A stretch of DNA of 64,000 nt from a virus: the IMG/VR virus record IMGVR_UViG_3300017727_001923, positions 33,406 through 97,405 of that record; one strand, written 5' to 3'. The notes beneath the pieces were generated by a model. The model saw nothing but the letters and a program-made list of their open reading frames with translations. It was not told where the DNA came from and did no database searches. Position numbers and translations under genes: made by a program. Positions 1 to 8,238 of the stretch are shown here, piece by piece (position 1 is the first letter of the stretch; every line of letters begins with the position of its first letter).

Positions 1-120
1 TATATCGAATGGAAACCCAATCGACTATGTGTCTTTGACGCACACACTCCCCATACTCCCCATATGGGTGGTATAGACCGTAAGGTTCTCACTTTCTTCT
101 CTTATAAGAAAAAGTTCTAA
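1..120 (+). CDS. C-terminal fragment of probable 2OG-Fe(II) oxygenase (5' end outside window)
   Basis: Own translation of frame 1: YIEWKPNRLCVFDAHTPHTPHMGGIDRKVLTFFSYKKKF*. NRLxxFD..H...R.xLTFF resembles the distal His/Arg strands of phage 2OG-Fe(II) oxygenases. Confidence 0.5.
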   Translation, partial: YIEWKPNRLCVFDAHTPHTPHMGGIDRKVLTFFSYKKKF

Positions 121-150
121 GAAACACCCCTCTTATTCCATTTTATTCTA

Positions 151-223
151 CTTATTTTCAAAATAAGTGTTGACGAAACCTGTTCAATAGACTATAATGT
201 ATATGTAAAGTCGAGTTGAGAGA
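151..223 (+). repeat. Promoter cassette repeat copy 1 (palindrome + sigma70 promoter + conserved leader)
   Basis: CTTATTTT-C-AAAATAAG inverted repeat (151-167), TTGACG (170-175), 17 nt, TATAAT (193-198); 193-223 is identical to 4761-4791. Confidence 0.85.
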
Positions 224-232
224 GAGAAAGTT

Positions 233-388
233 ATGAATGAAGTTTATGTTTACATAGTCCGAAACATGGTCAACGACAATGAGATGGCACGTTTTGAAAC
301 TATCCAAGAAGCATTCAAGTGGCGTATGGCACGTAACTTGATAAACGAATGTTGGATTGACCACGCATTAATCCGAGAGGTGAAATAA
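233..388 (+). CDS. small early hypothetical protein (51 aa, not in ORF track)
   Basis: ATG233 to TAA388 directly downstream of an early promoter with purine-rich leader: MNEVYVYIVRNMVNDNEMARFE... Confidence 0.65.
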   Translation: MNEVYVYIVRNMVNDNEMARFETIQEAFKWRMARNLINECWIDHALIREVK

Positions 389-390
389 TT

Positions 391-660
391 ATGGCTTATG
401 CCCCCGCTAGTGTTGAACCAGTTTTAGGTGAGTTTGTCGAGAAAGAAATCGGTAACTACTTTCACTGGACTAAGAATGGTGACTTCGGTCATGGCCCTTT
501 TACCCGATTCCCTCACTTGGTGTGGGTAGGTGGTCTGGGTCAACAATACCGTTATGCAGAGGTCTTAAAGACTGTTGCATATATCTGTGTTGATGAAGAC
601 GAGTGTGGTCTTCCTGTTGTCGAAAAGTGGGAAATCAAAAACCGAAAGGAGTATGTGTAA
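391..660 (+). CDS. hypothetical protein
   Basis: 89 aa ORF, SD GAGGTG upstream, fits operon tiling. Confidence 0.7.
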   Translation: MAYAPASVEPVLGEFVEKEIGNYFHWTKNGDFGHGPFTRFPHLVWVGGLGQQYRYAEVLKTVAYICVDEDECGLPVVEKWEIKNRKEYV

Positions 661-791
661 TGAAATTTTTACCCCATGAAATTCTTGCTATGTTAGAAGA
701 GAAGTTAAAGTACGAGGTTGACCCCATCCGTATCCGTCAACTTGAGGCAAAAATATTTAAGATGAAATATTTGAAGGGAGTGAAGAAATGA
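660..791 (+). CDS. small hypothetical protein (43 aa)
   Basis: TAATG coupling at 660: MKFLPHEILAMLEEKLKYE...; GGAG upstream. Confidence 0.6.
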   Translation: MKFLPHEILAMLEEKLKYEVDPIRIRQLEAKIFKMKYLKGVKK

Positions 792-1105
792 AAGTAGGAA
801 CAAAAGGTTGGAAACGTATCCGTAGACAATACTGGCAGAACAAGTATAAACTTGCTTGTGGTTGTGAACGATGTGGATACAGAAACAATGCTCGTGTACT
901 TACATTTGACCACATTGACCCATCTACCAAACACCCAATCGTAAAGAACGGTTCTGGGTTGACTGGTATGAAAGCGGGTGGTATGTTTCACTTGACTCAT
1001 CCCGATATTCCATTGAAAGTCATGGTTGATGAATGGCGTAAGTGTCGCATCCTATGTTTTAACTGTCATATGGAAGACAAGTATTACAAATATAATTTAA
1101 ATTAA
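788..1105 (+). CDS. HNH endonuclease
   Basis: CERCG...FDHIDP...CRILCFNCH motif pattern. Confidence 0.8.
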   Translation: MKVGTKGWKRIRRQYWQNKYKLACGCERCGYRNNARVLTFDHIDPSTKHPIVKNGSGLTGMKAGGMFHLTHPDIPLKVMVDEWRKCRILCFNCHMEDKYYKYNLN

Positions 1106-1118
1106 TTTGAAAAAAAGC

Positions 1119-1147
1119 TTGACAAAAGGTGTGCTTGTTGTTATAAT
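1119..1147 (+). promoter_or_regulatory. sigma70-type early promoter
   Basis: TTGACA-17-TATAAT with TG extension and A-tract UP element. Confidence 0.85.
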
Positions 1148-1178
1148 AAGTGTATAATCAAAAAAGAAAGGAGATTTT

Positions 1179-1424
1179 ATGGAAATGACAAACGGAATAA
1201 TCGGGACGCACCTTGCGACTGATACCCCTATTACACTCCCTTTGAACTACAAAGAGATGCAACTTGCATTGGGTTCAGGTGGAACTGAAGAAGTTCAAGG
1301 GAACGTTAATGAATTATGGGACTTAATGTGCAATGCAGTTCTTGAGAGAACTGGTATTGAAATCATTGGTCAAATTGAAATAGATTACATCGTGGTTAAC
1401 GGTGTAAAAAGAACTTTCCACTAG
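1179..1424 (+). CDS. early hypothetical protein
   Basis: 81 aa, AAGGAG SD. Confidence 0.7.
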   Translation: MEMTNGIIGTHLATDTPITLPLNYKEMQLALGSGGTEEVQGNVNELWDLMCNAVLERTGIEIIGQIEIDYIVVNGVKRTFH

Positions 1425-1433
1425 GAGGATATT

Positions 1434-1787
1434 ATGGGAATTCACGTAAATATTTACAAACAATCAAGGGACGAAGATTCGTTCTTTGGAGATAACGACT
1501 GCACCAACGGTGGTGAGTCTAGTTATTCGAAGGGTTTCACTGTGGTAAACGCAGAAGGGCCATTTGAACCGTGTGAGGACTATCCTGCCGCAGAACTTGT
1601 AATGGCAGAACCTATCGGTGGTAGAAAAATTCTGAGACTAATTCCAGTTTCCAAAAAAGGAAAGTGGACTATGTTCGGTGGGAACTATGCGGGTTGTTCA
1701 GACTCAAGGTTCTCAAGACTCTGTGACCAGTTACTTGATGGTTCGTTCTACGGTGCGGTTGCAGTTCACGATAGGGTGGAAGGATGA
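1434..1787 (+). CDS. early hypothetical protein
   Basis: 117 aa, AGGAGG SD. Confidence 0.75.
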   Translation: MGIHVNIYKQSRDEDSFFGDNDCTNGGESSYSKGFTVVNAEGPFEPCEDYPAAELVMAEPIGGRKILRLIPVSKKGKWTMFGGNYAGCSDSRFSRLCDQLLDGSFYGAVAVHDRVEG

Positions 1788-1906
1788 AGGGTTATAAAAA
1801 AGGTACTCTGTTACAGGAGTACTTCTTGAACCCGCACTTCAAACCTACGAAGAAGGAAAAGAAGGAATTAGAAACTTTTTTTCAAAATAAGGTAAATAAG
1901 TCTTGA
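1784..1906 (+). CDS. small hypothetical protein (40 aa, not in ORF track)
   Basis: ATGA overlap with upstream stop: MKGYKKGTLLQEYFLNPHFKPTKKEKKELETFFQNKVNKS*. Confidence 0.5.
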   Translation: MKGYKKGTLLQEYFLNPHFKPTKKEKKELETFFQNKVNKS

Positions 1907-1931
1907 CATTACTTGTCGGACTTGTTATAAT
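1903..1931 (+). promoter_or_regulatory. sigma70-type early promoter
   Basis: TTGACA-17-TATAAT with TG extension. Confidence 0.85.
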
Positions 1932-1965
1932 AACAACTTAATAATCAAACGAAAGGAAATATATT

Positions 1966-2220
1966 ATGATTAGTACAAAACTAAAACAGGAACTCCTCAA
2001 CCTGAACTCTGCACAAGAGTTGAATGAGGTAATCGCATTCGCTAGGGATGCAATCTCCATGAAGGCAAAAGCTTCAATTAACGTTGGAACTAAAGTCTAC
2101 GTGGTTCAAAAGACCAAGAAAACTCTTGGTGAAGTCGTTAAAGTGAACATCAAGAAGGCAATCGTTATGTTGCCTGAAGGAAGATACAGTGTTCCATTAT
2201 CTATGTTGGAGGTGGCGTAA
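1966..2220 (+). CDS. early hypothetical protein (KOW/SH3-like C-terminus)
   Basis: 84 aa; INVGTKVYV...GEVVKVNIKKAIV pattern; AAGGA SD. Confidence 0.65.
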   Translation: MISTKLKQELLNLNSAQELNEVIAFARDAISMKAKASINVGTKVYVVQKTKKTLGEVVKVNIKKAIVMLPEGRYSVPLSMLEVA

Positions 2221-3189
2221 ATGAGTCATGAAGTAGAAATTATAGACGGTCAAGCACAGATGGCGTATGCGGGTGAACTCCCGTGGCACGGTCTGGGTAC
2301 TAAAGTTGCGAGTGACCTTGCACCGTCTCAAATAATGCAACAGGCAGGACTTGATTGGTCTGTCGAAAAGGAGACTATGACCACTGCGTCTGGTGTCGAG
2401 ATAGAAGGAAAAAAAGCACTTGTAAGGTCTTCGGACAGTAAAGTGTTGGATGTAGTTGGTGACAACTGGAATCCAGTCCAAAACAGTGAGGCATTTGAGT
2501 TCTTCTCAGAGTATTGTCTTGCGGGTGATATGGAAATGCATACTGCGGGTTCACTGAAAGGTGGTCAAATGGTATGGGCATTGGCAAAAATCAAGGAGTC
2601 ATTTGACATCCTTGGTGGTGACCAAGTCGATTCATATCTCTTGTTCTCAAACCCACATAAGTATGGTAAAGCAATTGATGTTAGATTCACTCCAATCAGA
2701 GTAGTATGTAACAACACATTGTCATTATCACTTGGTCAAAACGTTGCAAACTCTGTGTCACTAAATCACAGAACTGCGTTTAATCCTGAGTCTGTTAAAC
2801 AGACAATGGGTATTGCACATGAGAAATTTGCGAAGTACAAAGAAACTTGCGAATTCCTTGCGTCCAAGAAGTTTAATATGGAATCATTGATTCAGTATTA
2901 CAACGAAGTCTTCCCAAGAACTTACCAAGGTAAGAACGAAGTGACTGTAAAAGGTTATGAAGACTTGACCAACAATGCACAGAAAGCGTTTTCATTCTTG
3001 GAAACACAACCTGGCGCTAACTTTGGGGAAGGTTCATGGTGGTCTGCACTTAACAGTGTGACTTACTTGACTGACCACAAAATGGGAAGGGAATCTGATT
3101 CAAGATTGACTTCTGCATGGTTTGGTGCGAATCAAACTAGGAAAGTGAAAGCAGTTGAGAAAGCAGTAGAGTTCGCACTCGCATCTTAA
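2221..3189 (+). CDS. DUF932-family phage/plasmid protein (TIGR03299-like)
   Basis: MAYAGELPWHGLG...QNSEAF...TAGSLKGG..VW...YLL..N.H.G.A....FTPIRVVCNNTL motifs. Confidence 0.85.
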   Translation: MSHEVEIIDGQAQMAYAGELPWHGLGTKVASDLAPSQIMQQAGLDWSVEKETMTTASGVEIEGKKALVRSSDSKVLDVVGDNWNPVQNSEAFEFFSEYCLAGDMEMHTAGSLKGGQMVWALAKIKESFDILGGDQVDSYLLFSNPHKYGKAIDVRFTPIRVVCNNTLSLSLGQNVANSVSLNHRTAFNPESVKQTMGIAHEKFAKYKETCEFLASKKFNMESLIQYYNEVFPRTYQGKNEVTVKGYEDLTNNAQKAFSFLETQPGANFGEGSWWSALNSVTYLTDHKMGRESDSRLTSAWFGANQTRKVKAVEKAVEFALAS

Positions 3190-3207
3190 TCAACTGATAT
3201 ATAATCG

Positions 3208-3236
3208 GGTAGGGGAGAAATCCCCTACCTATTTTT
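3208..3236 (+). terminator. Rho-independent terminator-like hairpin
   Basis: GGTAGGGGA-GAAA-TCCCCTACC followed by TATTTTT. Confidence 0.75.
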
Positions 3237-3250
3237 CATAGGAGAAAAAA

Positions 3251-3550
3251 ATGGGACAACCAGTAAACGGTTTTGATACAAATGATGTTGTTGCAGTTAT
3301 GTGTAACAGTGGTGAGTATGTTGGTAAGTATGCCGCAGTTCAACAGACTGCTGATACTGTTACCCTTGAAGACCCACGAATGGTAGTGAGTAACGAACAA
3401 GGTTTGGGATTTGCACATGGTATTTGTGTAACAGGTGAAGCAGATGTTAACTCTGTTAATATCTTTCATTCAAGTATTTGTTTTGTAACCAAAGTTAATG
3501 ATGACTTGCGTAAAGCATATATCAAAAATACGAGTGGACTTATAGTCTAA
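3251..3550 (+). CDS. hypothetical protein (possible Sm-like fold)
   Basis: 99 aa, AGGAG SD; GEYVGK..V.LEDPR beta-rich pattern. Confidence 0.6.
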   Translation: MGQPVNGFDTNDVVAVMCNSGEYVGKYAAVQQTADTVTLEDPRMVVSNEQGLGFAHGICVTGEADVNSVNIFHSSICFVTKVNDDLRKAYIKNTSGLIV

Positions 3551-4716
3551 TGAAACGTAGGATTTTATGCATAGATTACGGTCTATGCAATTTCCACAAT
3601 CTTAGAATTTTAGTTGAATCTGGACATAAGGTCTGGGTTACCAATACCTCAGATAAACCCCATCAAGCACCAATTAGATATTATGAGTCTTTAGGGATAA
3701 CACTTATACGTGACAAAAGTGTCACTGAACGTGAAAGTGTTGTACGTAAATTTGTAGAGGATAATAAGATTGATACTATTATCAACTCTTGGCCACATTA
3801 CCAAGTTCCTCGGAAGTGGATACGTGAACTAGATTATATTGGACATACCGATATTTCTAGAGACCTAGAAATACAAAAGAAAGCAACTCGACATAAGATT
3901 GAACAGCTTGGAGTTAAGTGTCCAAAGTTACTTTCGGACTTGACCATACCTTGTGTAGTAAAACCATGTCACGTTAATAGACCAAATCCAGACCATTCTG
4001 AAATTGTATTGAATCAAGAACATCTTGATTATGCAAGAAAAGAAACTGGTGACGTGTATATTGAAGAGTACATCCCTGATAACATTGAAACTAATGTAGA
4101 ATTTGTTATGTCTGAGGGTAAATGGTCTATTCAACATTGGCAAGAAGTAATTGGTGAAGACGAAGCAAAACTAGCGGGTAATTTTATCCACTGGACTAAG
4201 TTAGTCTCATTTAACTACTTGACCACCGAAGATAAAGAATTGACTCTGAAGAACTGTGAAAAGATTCTTGAATGGGCATCTACCTTGGGTGGTAGTTATA
4301 TTGGTCAGATTACGGGAGTCATTAAGGATGGTGTCTGGTATTTCATTGAGATAAATGTTAGACCTGAACAATCCAATAGTCTACCCTACTTTATTACTGG
4401 GGACGAATGGTTGGAAGCAATGCATGGAAAACCTGAGATAATCGGGGATTCCTATCCATGGGATATCAATAAGGTAGTATTACAACCTACAGAACCAAAT
4501 GCACCCTATCCATTCCATCTTCATGAGAAACATGGGGTCAGTATTCCCTGTGGATTAGACATTCTGAAGGATAAACACCGTGTTGCACGTCAATTTAGGA
4601 ATAGGTCAGATGACCAATGTATGGGAATCATCGTTGTAGACCGTGATATCCCCCAAGAATTTGTCGATGATGTGAAAAAAGATGGTAAATTTATTGTAAG
4701 TCATTGTTTTATATAG
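3550..4716 (+). CDS. ATP-grasp fold protein (distantly PurD-like)
   Basis: CVVKP, YIEEYI, ETNVEF, and WYFIEINVR motifs of ATP-grasp ligases. Confidence 0.65.
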   Translation: MKRRILCIDYGLCNFHNLRILVESGHKVWVTNTSDKPHQAPIRYYESLGITLIRDKSVTERESVVRKFVEDNKIDTIINSWPHYQVPRKWIRELDYIGHTDISRDLEIQKKATRHKIEQLGVKCPKLLSDLTIPCVVKPCHVNRPNPDHSEIVLNQEHLDYARKETGDVYIEEYIPDNIETNVEFVMSEGKWSIQHWQEVIGEDEAKLAGNFIHWTKLVSFNYLTTEDKELTLKNCEKILEWASTLGGSYIGQITGVIKDGVWYFIEINVRPEQSNSLPYFITGDEWLEAMHGKPEIIGDSYPWDINKVVLQPTEPNAPYPFHLHEKHGVSIPCGLDILKDKHRVARQFRNRSDDQCMGIIVVDRDIPQEFVDDVKKDGKFIVSHCFI

Positions 4717-4720
4717 GAAA

Positions 4721-4791
4721 CTTATTTTCAAAATAAGTTGACAAACCCTGCTCAGTTTGATATAATGTATATGTAAAGTCGAGTTGAGAGA
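4721..4791 (+). repeat. Promoter cassette repeat copy 2
   Basis: CTTATTTTCAAAATAAG (4721-4737), TTGACA (4738-4743), 17 nt, TATAAT (4761-4766); 31 nt identical to 193-223. Confidence 0.85.
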
Positions 4792-4798
4792 AAAATGT

Positions 4799-5263
4799 AT
4801 GATGGGAAACTATGTTCAACCAGAAGAAGTCTTCGTTGGAGTCGTAGGTGGTAACAAATACCAACGTGAGATAGTTCAAAAGGTTGCAGATTACTGTGTT
4901 GTTAAAATGATGCCAAGGATGCGTAAACTTGAAGTCCTGATTACTCTGAAGAGTTTGAAGTCTGAGGGTGTTGAAGGTTGGTGTATGCAACAAGATGACC
5001 GATTGTTTGACCTTGAGGTTGAAAAGAATCTGAGTCTCAAAAACTTAATCACTTGTGTTTGTCACGAGATGGTTCACGTCAAACAGTATGCACGTAAAGA
5101 GATGGTTGACTACTACGACAAGAAAGCACAGAGTCGTAAGATTCGTTGGAAAAAAACTGTGTATGGTTACGGTACTGCATATGCCCGTCAACCTTGGGAG
5201 AAGGAAGCATTCAAGATGCAAGAAACTCTCTGTGAAGAAATTTGGGAAAAAGGAATTATATAA
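4799..5263 (+). CDS. zinc metallopeptidase-like protein (HExxH)
   Basis: TCVCHEMVHVKQY and downstream PWEKEAF zincin pattern. Confidence 0.7.
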   Translation: MMGNYVQPEEVFVGVVGGNKYQREIVQKVADYCVVKMMPRMRKLEVLITLKSLKSEGVEGWCMQQDDRLFDLEVEKNLSLKNLITCVCHEMVHVKQYARKEMVDYYDKKAQSRKIRWKKTVYGYGTAYARQPWEKEAFKMQETLCEEIWEKGII

Positions 5264-5853
5264 TGGAACAATTGAAAATGCGTTATGAAACCTACTTGTT
5301 AAAACACAAGGCAAAACAGAATCGTGGTGCGAAGTATTCTCGTGATACTGAGAAGACTAAAACCTATCGTGCGGAATGGTCATTCCAATCTCGTGCGGAG
5401 ATACCTGATTTCAAAGATTTGAAGGAAGCACAAAAGTTCGCAAAGAAACTCTACAAGAGTAAAACGTGGATTAAATTGTGGCAGAAATCTGTCGAAGAAG
5501 ATGTTGGTAAAATCTTCAACGGTCAACCTCAAGTAGTTGGTATGGAACGTAGAAGTAAAACCATGTCTGGATACACTAACGGTAGTACCGTTACACTTTG
5601 TCCTGTTACTGGGATGAACAAGTATGTACTGTTACATGAACTTGCACACTGTCTAGGACATATGCACCACGGACGTTCGTTCCGTCAATGCGTCCTGAGT
5701 CTGGTTGGTGCATTCATGGGTGCAAAAGAAAAGAAAATTCTCAAGGAAGAATTTAAGAAAAAGAAACTGGCCTGCGGTGAACCTCGTAAACCAATGAGTT
5801 ACGAGAACTGGGTTGCGTCAGTAAGACGAATGGAGAAAGTACGTGGTGAATAA
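5263..5853 (+). CDS. HExxH metallohydrolase/peptidase-like protein
   Basis: YVLLHELAHCLGHMHHGRSF; TAATG-coupled to the upstream gene. Confidence 0.7.
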   Translation: MEQLKMRYETYLLKHKAKQNRGAKYSRDTEKTKTYRAEWSFQSRAEIPDFKDLKEAQKFAKKLYKSKTWIKLWQKSVEEDVGKIFNGQPQVVGMERRSKTMSGYTNGSTVTLCPVTGMNKYVLLHELAHCLGHMHHGRSFRQCVLSLVGAFMGAKEKKILKEEFKKKKLACGEPRKPMSYENWVASVRRMEKVRGE

Positions 5854-6229
5854 AGCAATAAAACGTGCAGATAAAATTGATAAGATGATGAAGGAGTCTG
5901 TAAAACTTTCAGAAAAATTAAGTAAAGCAGAACAAGAACTACCATCTATGGAAGAGATTGCAAACAGTAATCGATGGTTCAAATCTGCAACACCAAAACA
6001 AACATTAGACTGGTATGTCAAATGGGTTGCATCTTCGATGTTACTCATTGGTATGTCAATGCGTGGTATCGAAGGATTGCAGTTATATGACTTGACAATC
6101 AGTATCGGAGGTGTTATACTCTGGTTATGGGTTTCGATATTGTGGAAAGACCGTGCATTGATTGTTGTTAATTCAGTTGGTCTATTACTACTTACACGAA
6201 ACTTAATAACTATGTTAAACGGATTATAA
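5843..6229 (+). CDS. membrane protein
   Basis: Three hydrophobic segments after DWYVKW. Confidence 0.65.
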   Translation: MVNKAIKRADKIDKMMKESVKLSEKLSKAEQELPSMEEIANSNRWFKSATPKQTLDWYVKWVASSMLLIGMSMRGIEGLQLYDLTISIGGVILWLWVSILWKDRALIVVNSVGLLLLTRNLITMLNGL

Positions 6230-6231
6230 TT

Positions 6232-6909
6232 ATGAATTTTATACACGAACAAATTGAACTGACTGAAATGGATGCGGTCACTACCGATACGGGGAGACAA
6301 TACAAAACCCCTGACGGAATCAACCTACCATCTATTACTACAGTACTGTCGATACTGTCTCGTGATTCTATTGCAAAATGGCGTAAACGTGTGGGTGAGG
6401 AAGAGGCAAATCGTGTCTCTACTCGTGCATCTGGACGTGGTACACGTGTTCACGAAATCTGTGAGAAGTATGTAGACAATGACCCAAACTATAAAGAAGG
6501 TTATACACCTGATATCATTGAGTCATTCAATCAGTTGAAACCTATCCTAGATGAACGTCTGACTAAAGTTCATGCACAAGAAGCACCTCTCTACTCTACC
6601 CATCTGGGTGTTGCGGGTCGTGTTGACTGTGTAGGTATCTTTGATGGTAAACTATCCATCATTGATTACAAGACATCTATGAAACCTAAGAAACTAGAAT
6701 GGGTCAAAAATTACTTCATGCAAGAAGCTGGTTATGCTGTAATGTGGGAAGAACGTACAGGAATGCCGATTACACAACTCGTTACTATCATTTCTGTGGA
6801 CAACAATGAACCTCAAGTGTTTATTGAACACCGTGATAACTGGATAAACACATTAAAAAATACCATTAAACAGTACAATGAGGAAAATTCCACTTCCGTT
6901 TTATTATAA
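6232..6909 (+). CDS. PD-(D/E)xK exonuclease (Cas4-like phage exonuclease)
   Basis: PSITTVLS, RGTRVHEICE, GVAGRVDC, IIDYKTS, QEAGYA motifs. Confidence 0.85.
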   Translation: MNFIHEQIELTEMDAVTTDTGRQYKTPDGINLPSITTVLSILSRDSIAKWRKRVGEEEANRVSTRASGRGTRVHEICEKYVDNDPNYKEGYTPDIIESFNQLKPILDERLTKVHAQEAPLYSTHLGVAGRVDCVGIFDGKLSIIDYKTSMKPKKLEWVKNYFMQEAGYAVMWEERTGMPITQLVTIISVDNNEPQVFIEHRDNWINTLKNTIKQYNEENSTSVLL

Positions 6910-6912
6910 ATA
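6905..6912 (+). promoter_or_regulatory. T4-type late promoter
   Basis: TATAAATA at the head of the 6949-13840 cluster. Confidence 0.75.
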
Positions 6913-6948
6913 GATGTATAATTACAGTTTATAACTTATGGGATATCG

Positions 6949-8238
6949 ATGCTTCAGTTTAATCAACTTACAGAAACCTCACTAACCTTTGGGGAAATTG
7001 TGCGTCCTGATAGGGCGTATCGTGCTGACCTATTCATTACTAAGTACAAATCGGGTGAAGCATTCGAGACCACCAAGGGTGATTCGATTGTTCTACAGTA
7101 TGACCCCGCAATTGAAAAGGCAATACGTACAGGTAACAAGAAAGGTTTACCAAAACTAAAGTCACTTGATGGTACGGTCATCGCTTTTGGTCTACTCAAA
7201 AAGACTCTAGAGTTTGGTGGTGGTACATCTGGTTCTGGTGGTGGTTCAGATAATACTCGTGCAACCGAATCCGCACAATGTGTCTATGCACAATTGATGT
7301 GGGACAATCCCAAGACCCAATTCTCACCTGACGAACTCAAGTCTGCATTCCAGAAAACAAATACCGATGCCAAGTTAGACGAGATTCTACTGGGTGATGA
7401 CGAGTGGATTGCATCATCTATTAATGGTGCAAAGATTCTTCATAAAGTATTGAAGAAGAAACAGTATACGTGGCATCGTGGTTCACAGTGGGTGTCTAAA
7501 CTTGAAGAAGTATACAAGAAACTCAATCGTGAAGAGAAACTATTCAGTAACGTAAACAAATGGACTCCCGCAGATATATGGGCAGTTGCTCGTGGTGCAG
7601 AAAACAAATACAACATTCATGATGCACTAAGTTTCTCAGAACTTAACAATGAACTCTTGAAAGCATATGCCGCTCGTGATATAATGGGTATATCACTCAA
7701 GAAGATTGGGAAGAAACCTAAGTTGTCACAAGTAAATTTCCGTAAACCGTTTGTTCCACCTCAGTTTACCAAACAAACATTTGGTAAGAGAAACTTCTAT
7801 GGTGCAATGGACGGATACTTATATGGGTCTGGTGGATTCCAATTACAGTTCCGATTATTCCCAACCTTCCAATGTGAAATTATTGGTAAGAAAGCAAAAC
7901 ATGGTAAGGTGTCCTTTGGTGGTATCAGTGATGCAATGAAGGAAGCGACTGGTAGACCTCTGACACAGAAGAAAGTCGTTGAACAATTACTTCTGAAAAA
8001 CCCACAACAATTCTATGATAACTTCTGGAAGAACTATTCAATGACTACTGAGAAAGAAAGTAAAGATGAACTGTTTAAGAATCTACAGAAGAAAAAGTTT
8101 GAATGGCAAGTATCTAAATACATGGTAGTAGAACTATTTACTGCAATCAAAGGTCGGGAACAACAAGTACTTGACTATTTGGTTCGTATCGCAAAGTCAC
8201 AAACAAAGAACTCTGCTGTTCACTTGAAGGTGTCGTAA
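6949..8238 (+). CDS. restriction-endonuclease-like (PD-(D/E)xK variant) protein with CTS-like N-terminus
   Basis: ESAQC, KWTPADIW, MGISLKK pattern; N-terminus MLQFNQLTE. Confidence 0.5.
   Translation: MLQFNQLTETSLTFGEIVRPDRAYRADLFITKYKSGEAFETTKGDSIVLQYDPAIEKAIRTGNKKGLPKLKSLDGTVIAFGLLKKTLEFGGGTSGSGGGSDNTRATESAQCVYAQLMWDNPKTQFSPDELKSAFQKTNTDAKLDEILLGDDEWIASSINGAKILHKVLKKKQYTWHRGSQWVSKLEEVYKKLNREEKLFSNVNKWTPADIWAVARGAENKYNIHDALSFSELNNELLKAYAARDIMGISLKKIGKKPKLSQVNFRKPFVPPQFTKQTFGKRNFYGAMDGYLYGSGGFQLQFRLFPTFQCEIIGKKAKHGKVSFGGISDAMKEATGRPLTQKKVVEQLLLKNPQQFYDNFWKNYSMTTEKESKDELFKNLQKKKFEWQVSKYMVVELFTAIKGREQQVLDYLVRIAKSQTKNSAVHLKVS

Noticed and set aside
6232-6909. Cas4-like nuclease as a sign of CRISPR
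   Set aside because: No repeat-spacer array or other cas genes seen anywhere in the window; stand-alone phage exonucleases of this type are common.
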